The notes under the pieces are model-generated. The model made no database searches. It was not told the origin of the DNA and saw nothing but the letters and a program-made list of their open reading frames with translations. A DNA stretch of 30,403 bases from a virus. Its lineage: Duplodnaviria; Caudoviricetes. Every line of letters starts with the position of its first letter. The stretch's first letter is position 1. The stretch covers positions 1-30,403 of the IMG/VR virus record IMGVR_UViG_3300038336_000148, one strand, 5' to 3'. A program made the translations under genes and the position numbers. Positions 9,268-16,190 of this stretch are shown piece after piece.

Positions 9268-10317
9268 TTAATAGGGTACGTCGTCTTTTGGTTTTGTGTC
9301 TCCTTTGTCCGGCAGAGAAAGAAGGTGTTTGAAAAAACCTGTTCGCTTCTCTTTATTGAAATCAGTCAGTGCCTTGACGTTGGATTTTTTCAGATATCCG
9401 GCCAGATCGTAACCTTTCTGGATTGCTGTATTGGTTAAGGCTTTGCACTGGCCGAGATCGTCTGAGTTTTGGAAGTCGATAATTGCTGATTCTATCGGGT
9501 CGGGCTTTCCGTTGGGCTGCTCTTCGGCGGCGGACTCTTCGACAACCTTGATATCAATTGGCGCTTCGCATTCAATCAGTCTTTGCGGAGGTTCTGCGGC
9601 TCCATATATCCCGGTCATTGCCGCAAGCTGAAGGTCAACCAAACGCCGCTTGGTATAGGGGTCGTTCAGGTCGAGCTTCGGGACGATCCGCGCCATGACA
9701 AACTCATTTTTCAGTTCGGCAACGGTGTAAAAGTTGTTCAGGCAAAGAATTTCCCGTGTGACACGGTTTCGCGCGCCTGACTCGCATAACTCAGAGAGGT
9801 TTCCTTTTTTCTGCAATAGATCACGTTCAACAAGATAATCCCTGTCTTTCTTTTCTTTCTTTGCGTATTGAAATTCTAGCTTTTGACGTTCAACCTCGAT
9901 ATCCATGGCGTAGAGCTTCGGAATAAAATACGGTGTGCCATCCGGTTTACGCACTCCGCCGACGGCTTCATACGCTATTCGTCCCTCAACCTTGGGATCT
10001 CTTATCTGCCTACAGAGAGTAGGCGACCAGATTATCCCGGAGAGAATGGCGAGTTTATCAAGTCCATGCTTGGATATTCTTACCTTTTGCTCGGCTGCTG
10101 TTTTCGGGTTTTTCCAATCGTTCGCGTTATAATCATACGTCCCGTTTTCGTGCGGATAAACGTCTCTATCTTTCGGGTGTCCGCTTAATAAAACGGTATC
10201 AATGACGATTGAAAACTGATCGCTCAGGTCGTCTATACGCTGCGTAGTGGGTATCAGCATATGACAACCCTTGTCTTTGTATTCCTGTAACTTTTTTAAT
10301 GCTTCATCCTTGTTCAT
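9268..10317 (-). CDS. Putative recombination / ssDNA-annealing-associated protein (349 aa)
   Basis: Occupies the recombinase slot before the nuclease pair; acidic SSB-like tail KDDVPY; ATG 10317 has a GGAGG SD. Function is inferred from position. Confidence 0.55.
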   Translation of the reverse strand: MNKDEALKKLQEYKDKGCHMLIPTTQRIDDLSDQFSIVIDTVLLSGHPKDRDVYPHENGTYDYNANDWKNPKTAAEQKVRISKHGLDKLAILSGIIWSPTLCRQIRDPKVEGRIAYEAVGGVRKPDGTPYFIPKLYAMDIEVERQKLEFQYAKKEKKDRDYLVERDLLQKKGNLSELCESGARNRVTREILCLNNFYTVAELKNEFVMARIVPKLDLNDPYTKRRLVDLQLAAMTGIYGAAEPPQRLIECEAPIDIKVVEESAAEEQPNGKPDPIESAIIDFQNSDDLGQCKALTNTAIQKGYDLAGYLKKSNVKALTDFNKEKRTGFFKHLLSLPDKGDTKPKDDVPY

Positions 10318-10336
10318 TTTTCCGGCCTCCATAAAT

Positions 10337-10663
10337 TTAATTATTTGTTCTTGGTATTAACTGGTATTCCCAAAGTCCCTTGTCTTCAAATCGGCGTTGT
10401 TTCTTGACTGTGTGACCGCCGAAGCGTAATTTTCTTAAATGCCTGAGTTGCGCGGAAATACTGGCTTCGGGATATCCTGTAACTTTTTCAATTTCCGCTA
10501 ATGTCCGGTAAACGCCGTCTGACATGAGATTGTAAATGTCCCGCGTCTGCCCTTGTAGCCGGTCGAAATCCTTATGACCATCAACCGGCCCTTCATAACG
10601 GGCGACTTTCAGCCAGTCTTCGATATCCCAATGCTTAAAAGATTTTGTCTCAGCGTTTGGCAT
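10337..10663 (-). CDS. Winged helix DNA-binding protein (108 aa)
   Basis: RTLAEIEKVTGYPEASISAQLRHLRK HTH followed by a beta wing. Confidence 0.75.
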   Translation of the reverse strand: MPNAETKSFKHWDIEDWLKVARYEGPVDGHKDFDRLQGQTRDIYNLMSDGVYRTLAEIEKVTGYPEASISAQLRHLRKLRFGGHTVKKQRRFEDKGLWEYQLIPRTNN

Positions 10664-10865
10664 CGCTCTCCACCCAATTTATTACTTCCTGAACGTCTGC
10701 TACATACGCGCGCGCCTCAGCTACTTGTGTTTTGTGTTGATCGTAGAGACCAATGCCGACGTGGGTTAAAACGTAGAAGATGATGATTAGAGCGATACAC
10801 AAGAAAACGCACTTCCAAAACTTTCTAATCTGAATCTCAAGAATTTCATCGGCGATTGTTTTCAT
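10650..10865 (-). CDS. Small single-pass membrane protein (71 aa), first gene after PL
   Basis: Hydrophobic CVFLCIALIIIFYVLTHVGIGLY; GGAGG SD. Confidence 0.75.
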   Translation of the reverse strand: MKTIADEILEIQIRKFWKCVFLCIALIIIFYVLTHVGIGLYDQHKTQVAEARAYVADVQEVINWVESDAKR

Positions 10866-10875
10866 GCCCCCTCCT

Positions 10876-10972
10876 GCCCTGCCAGCGCAGGGCGCAGTTA
10901 TTCTGTTAAATCAGCACTATGTTTCCGTAACGCTGGTTACGCTTCGTTATCGCTTCGATCACTTCAAAGAAC
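10876..10972 (-). promoter_or_regulatory. PL leader with boxA-like element and two tetraloop hairpins
   Basis: Minus-strand GTTCTTTGAA (10963-10972); perfect hairpins at 10926-10941 and 10876-10893. Confidence 0.45.
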
Positions 10973-11112
10973 TATTACTACTTCCCGCTTTCCCTCTCCG
11001 GTTCTGCCGTTTACCTGCAAGCTGTAGGGGGAGGCATTCTTGCCGTCGCACGCGCTAAGTTGCAGATTCGCACAGTTCAGATCGTCAAACGGTTAATTGT
11101 TTTCTTGATTTA

Positions 11113-11157
11113 AATATAACAAACTTTGTTATGCTTGTCAATAACTATTTTTGTTAT
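11113..11157 (-). promoter_or_regulatory. PL promoter with two 17-bp operators (OL)
   Basis: Minus strand TTGACA (11141-11136)-N17-TATATT with an extended TG. Operators ATAACAAACTTTGTTAT 11116-11132 and ATAACTATTTTTGTTAT 11141-11157. Confidence 0.85.
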
Positions 11158-11212
11158 GATTTAGGGTAAAAAAAAGGGTTTTAGTTTGGATAGTTACAAG
11201 GGATTGAAGGAT

Positions 11213-11368
11213 TTAATTTTCTGGATGATCGAAAATAATGTCTACGACTGGACCGGTTTTTTGGGCGCACTGGACAAGGAGCCCGGCGCATATAATAAAG
11301 AATAATCCGCCAACGAGCAGGCGGCAAAGGAATATAGTAAACTTACTTTTCGGCTTTTCTTCTATCAT
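11213..11368 (-). CDS. Small membrane protein (51 aa), not in the ORF track
   Basis: MIEEKPKSKFTIFLCRLLVGGLFFIICAGLLVQCAQKTGPVVDIIFDHPEN; starts 2 nt after the lipoprotein stop. Confidence 0.55.
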   Translation of the reverse strand: MIEEKPKSKFTIFLCRLLVGGLFFIICAGLLVQCAQKTGPVVDIIFDHPEN

Positions 11369-11370
11369 GG

Positions 11371-11652
11371 TTATTTATAACCGCGTTCGTTCATACATTC
11401 AACATAAAATTCGTTAGCTGCGTCCGTGGCCGCATTTACTTCTTTTTTATGCCTTATCATACCTACGGCTCCGAAGGAAGGGGAGCCACCCAACATTTTA
11501 CTTTTAAAATCAGCGGCTTGCATTTTACATTGAAGCGCATCGGTTTTTCTTTGTTGTTCACTGGCGCCATCCTTAACCATGACCGGATATGTCATGTAGG
11601 AATTACAAGAGGTTAATAATAACATAATGATTAATATTCCAATTTTATTCAC
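11371..11652 (-). CDS. Lipoprotein in the immunity region (93 aa), candidate superinfection exclusion
   Basis: Signal peptide with lipobox LLTSC; two further Cys (QCK, ECM); AGGAG SD with GTG start; downstream of cI. Confidence 0.75.
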   Translation of the reverse strand: MNKIGILIIMLLLTSCNSYMTYPVMVKDGASEQQRKTDALQCKMQAADFKSKMLGGSPSFGAVGMIRHKKEVNAATDAANEFYVECMNERGYK

Positions 11653-11741
11653 AAAAGCTCCTTTCTAATCCCTTTTCCTTAGTGGGAAAAAGACGACATT
11701 ATCTCCCATGTTATGATGTTCGCGACAATCGGTGGAGATTA

Positions 11742-12218
11742 TTATTTCCCGCTGCCGCTGATCTTTTTTAGGTCTTTTAAGTCTCCTGTCTGTGCGACTT
11801 TTCTTAAAACCTGCCTGACGTTTTCCAGTTCTGTGCGTTGCTGGTTAATCACAGCCCACATAGCGTGTTTCTCTCTGGCAACTTCGGCCCTTGTTTCTTT
11901 CGCTTCAGCGTTTGCCGCATCAATGTCTTTACGTAGCCTCGCATATAATTCTTTGATCTCCCAGGAAGGCGGCGGAGCAATGGGCTTTTTTATTTCGCGT
12001 GGCGAAGTAACAAAGAATTCGCTTTTGTCAATATGAAGGGCGTCACATATCTTTTTAATCGTTATATTACCGATATTTCTGTCTCCACTAAGAGAGGCTG
12101 ATATGTGCGGCTGTTTGACGCCGATCAAGTTTGCTAGTGTAGTTGGAGTCAAGCCCCTTTCGTCCATAATTCTACGAAGATTTTCACGCTTTATTAAATT
12201 TATATCAAAATTTGGCAT
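11742..12218 (-). CDS. cI: CI-like XRE repressor (158 aa)
   Basis: N-terminal HTH_3 pattern NLRRIMDERGLTPTTLANLIGVKQPHISASLSG; divergent from cro; coiled-coil C-terminus with no S24 peptidase. Confidence 0.85.
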   Translation of the reverse strand: MPNFDINLIKRENLRRIMDERGLTPTTLANLIGVKQPHISASLSGDRNIGNITIKKICDALHIDKSEFFVTSPREIKKPIAPPPSWEIKELYARLRKDIDAANAEAKETRAEVAREKHAMWAVINQQRTELENVRQVLRKVAQTGDLKDLKKISGSGK

Positions 12219-12224
12219 ATTTTC

Positions 12225-12253
12225 TTGACACCTATAACAAAAAATGTTATTTT
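12225..12253 (+). promoter_or_regulatory. PR promoter with 17-bp operator (OR)
   Basis: TTGACA 12225-12230, N17, TG-n-TATTTT 12248-12253; operator ATAACAAAAAATGTTAT 12234-12250. Confidence 0.85.
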
Positions 12254-12262
12254 AATTACGCT

Positions 12263-12472
12263 ATGAAAAAACATCCTCGTGGTTATGTAAAAAAATTAGC
12301 AGACGCCTGTAGCTGCACAGCGGTACATATGAGCGATGTGCTTAATGGCCATCGCCAAGCTTCCATCAAGCTTGCGCAGCGCATTGAAACAGCGTCGAAC
12401 GGCAAATATTTCAAGGGGGCGTCTCTCCTTGCTGAAAAAATTAAACCTAAAGCAGGCGCAAAAATAAGCTGA
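12263..12472 (+). CDS. cro: Cro-like HTH protein (69 aa)
   Basis: KKLADACSCTAVHMSDVLNGHRQASIKLAQRIETASNG, a Cro/YdaS-like pattern; ATG lies 10 nt after the -10 with no SD. Confidence 0.85.
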   Translation: MKKHPRGYVKKLADACSCTAVHMSDVLNGHRQASIKLAQRIETASNGKYFKGASLLAEKIKPKAGAKIS

Positions 12473-12515
12473 TTCCCCTCCCAAGGATTCCGCCGACATA
12501 TGCGCCTGTTTTTTT
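12452..12515 (+). terminator. Putative tR1-like terminator, large loop
   Basis: GCAGGCGCA 12452-12460 pairs with TGCGCCTGT 12501-12509, followed by a T run to 12515. Confidence 0.4.
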
Positions 12516-12638
12516 ATAACCCTATTATTTAGGAAATTCAACATGATTCTTCAACTCCTTTTTTTATCAGAAATTAAATTTCTCGCTTGTTGGAAAAAAT
12601 TTTACCCAAAAGCCGACCAACAACACAAGTCAAATGAA

Positions 12639-12658
12639 TTGACGGTTATTGACTGTTA
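12639..12658 (+). repeat. 10-bp tandem direct repeat, candidate CII-type binding site
   Basis: TTGACGGTTA TTGACTGTTA (TTGA-N6-TTGA) just upstream of the CII-like gene; same geometry as lambda CII TTGC-N6-TTGC. Confidence 0.45.
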
Positions 12659-12682
12659 AAAAAAGTAAAGGAATTTAACAAC

Positions 12683-13090
12683 ATGGACAAATTAAAGAAT
12701 GGTGAGCTTATGCTAGTAAATGCAAAACAAGATGTGTCCAATGAGGTTCTTTCCAAAATTCCCGACTTCAAAGCGGCATTGAAACTTTGCAAAGAAATAT
12801 CCGGCCTGAATGATCAGCAATTATGCGCTGCGTTAAGAATCGAACCGGCGCAATGGTCAAGGATTTGGTCAGGTCAAGCTCACTTCCCACCGGAGAAAGT
12901 TACTTGCCTAATGGATCTGTGCGGCAATTGGGTTCCTCTTCGTTGGTTGGCTATGAACTACGGCCAGGAATTAAAGCCGACAAAAACAACACTGGAAAGA
13001 GAAAACGACGAATTGAAAGCGGAACTGGAAAAGAAAAATCACGAAATGGAAACTATTAAAAATTTCCTTAAAGAAGTGAAGGCGGCATGA
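12683..13090 (+). CDS. CII-like HTH regulator (135 aa)
   Basis: Position after cro; SGLNDQQLCAALRIEPAQWSRIWSG HTH; C-terminal coiled coil. Confidence 0.7.
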   Translation: MDKLKNGELMLVNAKQDVSNEVLSKIPDFKAALKLCKEISGLNDQQLCAALRIEPAQWSRIWSGQAHFPPEKVTCLMDLCGNWVPLRWLAMNYGQELKPTKTTLERENDELKAELEKKNHEMETIKNFLKEVKAA

Positions 13091-13287
13091 CCACAAAATT
13101 TCCAACTGAATTATTAGATAAATTATTTCCGATACCGACGGAAAACCGATTTTACAAAGATAAAGACGATCATTGTAGCGCCCATGTTGACGACCGGAGC
13201 AAGTGCGTAAATTTTGCACCAGTTCTGAAGACGCATGGATGCTGTGAATATATGCTTGTTACTGGAGAATGTGACTTTAATGAGTAA
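13087..13287 (+). CDS. Cys-rich mini-protein A (66 aa)
   Basis: ATGA overlap with the upstream gene; C-x-A..C-x-N-xx-P..CE-x5-G-x-C. Confidence 0.7.
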   Translation: MTTKFPTELLDKLFPIPTENRFYKDKDDHCSAHVDDRSKCVNFAPVLKTHGCCEYMLVTGECDFNE

Positions 13288-13447
13288 TCCCGTAAAAATA
13301 AACTACTGCCGCCGTGGAATGTGCATGGCGCAAACAATCTCGCAGGAGCTAGAGTGCTTGAATCACGAACCGGCCAAAGGTAAGCGGTACGATCAAATTT
13401 GCGAACATAAAGACGATGATGGGAAGTGTAGGAAGGGGAGCAAATGA
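13280..13447 (+). CDS. Cys-rich mini-protein B (55 aa), paralog of A
   Basis: ATG 13280 with upstream GGAG; same Cys pattern; ATGA overlap with the radical SAM gene. Confidence 0.7.
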   Translation: MSNPVKINYCRRGMCMAQTISQELECLNHEPAKGKRYDQICEHKDDDGKCRKGSK

Positions 13448-14262
13448 AAATAATCCGAGTATTCCCGCGTAAGACTAAAGCGACTCCGGATGATGATCTT
13501 GTCCGAATAAATAGACCGCCGGGATTATTCGACGAGGCCGACGAGGTTCATATTTCCGTTACCTTCACATGGGATTTACCCCGCGCCGAGTGGTTAGCGA
13601 AACAATGGAAATCACGCGCAACCGTGAAGATCGGCGGACCGGGTACAAGGAATTGCCAAGGTGATTTTATTCCGGGAATGTATCTCAGAAAGGGTTATGT
13701 CATAACATCACGCGGATGTCCTAATCATTGTTGGTTTTGTGCCGTGCCTCGAAAATTTGGTCATGTCAGAGAATTGCCTATAACTGAAGGGCATAATATT
13801 CTCGATGATAATTTTCTGGCCTGTTCGGATAATCACATTAAAAAAGTATTTGGAATGCTATCACGGCAAAAAGAGATTGAATTTACCGGCGGTCTGGAAG
13901 CGTCTCGCCTAAAGCCATGGCATTGCAAGGAACTGAGAAAATTAAACATCAAACAACTATTCTTTGCTTATGACTGCCCCGTCGACCGCCTCCCTTTATG
14001 GGAAGCTGGCGATCTTTTATTGAAGCACGGATTCACAAAAGCCAGTCATGTTCTCCGTTGTTATGTGCTGTGCGGATATGACGGAGATACTATTGAAAAG
14101 GCAACCTCGCGGATGAATGACGTGATGGCCGCAGGATTCACGCCTATGGCTATGCTTTGGCGTAATGACGATGGTTGGCGCAATCCCGACTTTATTGGCG
14201 GTAAATTTCAAAAGAAATGGGCTCGACCTTCTATTATTCATTCAAAGCAGGTGGCGGCATGA
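13444..14262 (+). CDS. Radical SAM enzyme (272 aa)
   Basis: TSRGCPNHCWFC (CxxxCxxC), DDNF, GGLE; short N-terminal ISVTFTW..GGPG domain reminiscent of a truncated B12-binding domain. Confidence 0.92.
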   Translation: MKIIRVFPRKTKATPDDDLVRINRPPGLFDEADEVHISVTFTWDLPRAEWLAKQWKSRATVKIGGPGTRNCQGDFIPGMYLRKGYVITSRGCPNHCWFCAVPRKFGHVRELPITEGHNILDDNFLACSDNHIKKVFGMLSRQKEIEFTGGLEASRLKPWHCKELRKLNIKQLFFAYDCPVDRLPLWEAGDLLLKHGFTKASHVLRCYVLCGYDGDTIEKATSRMNDVMAAGFTPMAMLWRNDDGWRNPDFIGGKFQKKWARPSIIHSKQVAA

Positions 14263-14654
14263 ATCGAGTCTCTGATAAATATCTCCGTGACCTTTTGAGA
14301 GAGGTCGTTTCTCTTCGCGCAAATAATTGTTGCGAGTGGCCCGGATGTAAAAATACAGAATGCGACCCACACCATTTTTTCACAAAAGACAACCTGTCTA
14401 TCAGATATTCGCCGGAAAGTTGCCTGTGGCTCTGTCAGAGTCATCATACCGGCAGAATATCAGCACATTCACAGCCTAAAATCTTTGAGGCCATGATTAT
14501 TTATTATCAGGTCAGAACCATCGAATGGCTGCAAGAAGTGATCGTGCGGAAGAATCAGATTATTACCGTGGCGCCAGAGATTTACCGGGAAGAACAGAAA
14601 GAAAAGCTGCTGGCGGAGTTGAAGAGGTTAGGAATCAGGGGTTGGAGACCGTGA
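14259..14654 (+). CDS. NinG/HNH-like Zn-binding endonuclease (131 aa)
   Basis: CEWPGC...DPHH...IRY...LCQSHH; ATGA overlap at 14259. Confidence 0.7.
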   Translation: MNRVSDKYLRDLLREVVSLRANNCCEWPGCKNTECDPHHFFTKDNLSIRYSPESCLWLCQSHHTGRISAHSQPKIFEAMIIYYQVRTIEWLQEVIVRKNQIITVAPEIYREEQKEKLLAELKRLGIRGWRP

Positions 14655-15523
14655 AAGACACTTTTACAAAAGACTGGATTATTAGAAACTCGATAGACGT
14701 TGTTGACCAATACGATAAGGGCGTCTTAACGCTACGCTCATTGCATTACCAACTCGTTGGCCTCGGTATGACCAACGACATTCAGCATTACAAGCGCGTA
14801 GTCTCGGCAATGATTGATGCACGTTGGGATAATCTCATTTCTTTCGATACGTTTTCCGATCTTGACAGGGGCATGATAGGAGAAACGCCCTACCACGAAA
14901 CAATCCTTAAAAACGAGATCGATAACGGGCAACATCAAATCAAAGCGTGGATGGAAAGTTATCATAAAAATAGATGGGAAAATCAACCTATTTATCCAGA
15001 AATATTTATTGAGAAAAAAGCATTGCAGGGGGTTTTTCAAGAAGTATGTCGTAAATGGGATATTGCACTTGGAGCTTGCAAGGGATACCCCTCTTTAACA
15101 TTTCTATATGAATCATATAAGCGGTTTTGCGACGCAACAGACGAGGGTAAACTACCAGTAATTATATATTTCGGCGACTACGATCCTTCCGGAGAAGATA
15201 TCCCAAGAAGCATTCAAGAAAACCTTACACGATTTGGCGTTGATGTTGAAGTTAAGCGCATCGCACTGATGGAAGAGCAGGTTGTTGCATGGAAACTTCC
15301 TCCGGCCCCGGCAAAGCCAAAAGATAGCAGAACGGCAAATTGGGATGGGCTTGGTCAAGTCGAGCTTGATGCGGTCAGACCTGAAAAACTAATGAAACTT
15401 TTAGAAGACGCAATTAGTGAAATTTTTGATCTGGATTTACATGATGCTCTTTTAGATCAAGAAAACGACGAACGGATTCTTTATCAAAAATCGTTAAAAA
15501 AGTTTGTTAAAAATATGAAGTAA
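14651..15523 (+). CDS. Spo11/TopoVI-A-like Toprim protein (Mini-A type, 290 aa)
   Basis: N-terminal LTLRSLHYQLV (WHD with candidate catalytic Tyr); Toprim IEKKAL, KGYPS and YFGDYDPSGEDI (DxD); VELDA. GTG start in a GTGA overlap with a GGAG SD. Confidence 0.8.
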   Translation: MKDTFTKDWIIRNSIDVVDQYDKGVLTLRSLHYQLVGLGMTNDIQHYKRVVSAMIDARWDNLISFDTFSDLDRGMIGETPYHETILKNEIDNGQHQIKAWMESYHKNRWENQPIYPEIFIEKKALQGVFQEVCRKWDIALGACKGYPSLTFLYESYKRFCDATDEGKLPVIIYFGDYDPSGEDIPRSIQENLTRFGVDVEVKRIALMEEQVVAWKLPPAPAKPKDSRTANWDGLGQVELDAVRPEKLMKLLEDAISEIFDLDLHDALLDQENDERILYQKSLKKFVKNMK

Positions 15524-15532
15524 TGGGGATTT

Positions 15533-15967
15533 ATGTCTAAAAACAGCGTCTTAAGATTAAACACAATGGCAGAGTTTGAAGCGCTGAAAAATAGGAATAA
15601 GAAGATTCCGCCGGGATTATCCCATGATGAATGGCTTGCGGCGTATCAGAAACAGAATAAATTCCATGCCAAAATTACAGAGGCCGAGGGGATAAAATTC
15701 GGCAGTAAGAAAGAAGCTCAACAGTTTAGAGAATTACAGGCACGGCAACACGCGGGAGAAATTAAATTTTTCCTTCTGCAGGTGCCTTTTTTATTGCCAG
15801 GAGTAGCCGACAACGGAAAACGCACGCGGCATTATCTGGATTTTATGGCGATCCGGACAGACGGACAGATTGAATATATCGAAGTGAAGGGCCGGGATCT
15901 TCCAATGGGGAAGTTAAAGCGCCGGCAGACTGAGGAACTCTACGGGATAAAAATACAAGTGGTTTAG
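15533..15967 (+). CDS. DUF1064-like PD-(D/E)xK endonuclease (144 aa)
   Basis: NKFHAK..GIKFGSKKEA..LQVPFLL..YLDF..IEVKG. Confidence 0.8.
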   Translation: MSKNSVLRLNTMAEFEALKNRNKKIPPGLSHDEWLAAYQKQNKFHAKITEAEGIKFGSKKEAQQFRELQARQHAGEIKFFLLQVPFLLPGVADNGKRTRHYLDFMAIRTDGQIEYIEVKGRDLPMGKLKRRQTEELYGIKIQVV

Positions 15968-15974
15968 GAGGATT

Positions 15975-16175
15975 ATGAGTAAACTGGATAATTTATTGGC
16001 GCTGGCTTCTATGGCGATGGGAGCATTTGATAAGAAAATAAACAGAGCTTTTATGAGGGCACAACAAATGCCTCGCGCTTCTACTTTCCACAATTACAGC
16101 AAGCCGAATCAGCGCCGGAAAAGAAAAGAAATGCGTCGTACAGTTTTCGCTAATCGAAGAATAGCAAGAGGGTAA
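15975..16175 (+). CDS. Small basic hypothetical protein (66 aa)
   Basis: Strong AGGAGG SD; Arg/Lys-rich C-terminus. Confidence 0.7.
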   Translation: MSKLDNLLALASMAMGAFDKKINRAFMRAQQMPRASTFHNYSKPNQRRKRKEMRRTVFANRRIARG

Positions 16176-16190
16176 AAGGGGAAGGGGTAA

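Noticed and set aside
14217-14650. Longer ORF-track starts (14217, 14525; also 12212, 17437, 7992, 28916)
   Set aside because: Downstream starts have SD sequences or stop/start overlaps and match domain boundaries.
5611-15523. Wadjet (JetABCD) defence system from SMC plus Toprim genes
   Set aside because: The SMC is SbcC-type paired with SbcD, there are no kleisin or kite genes, and the Toprim gene is in a different operon.
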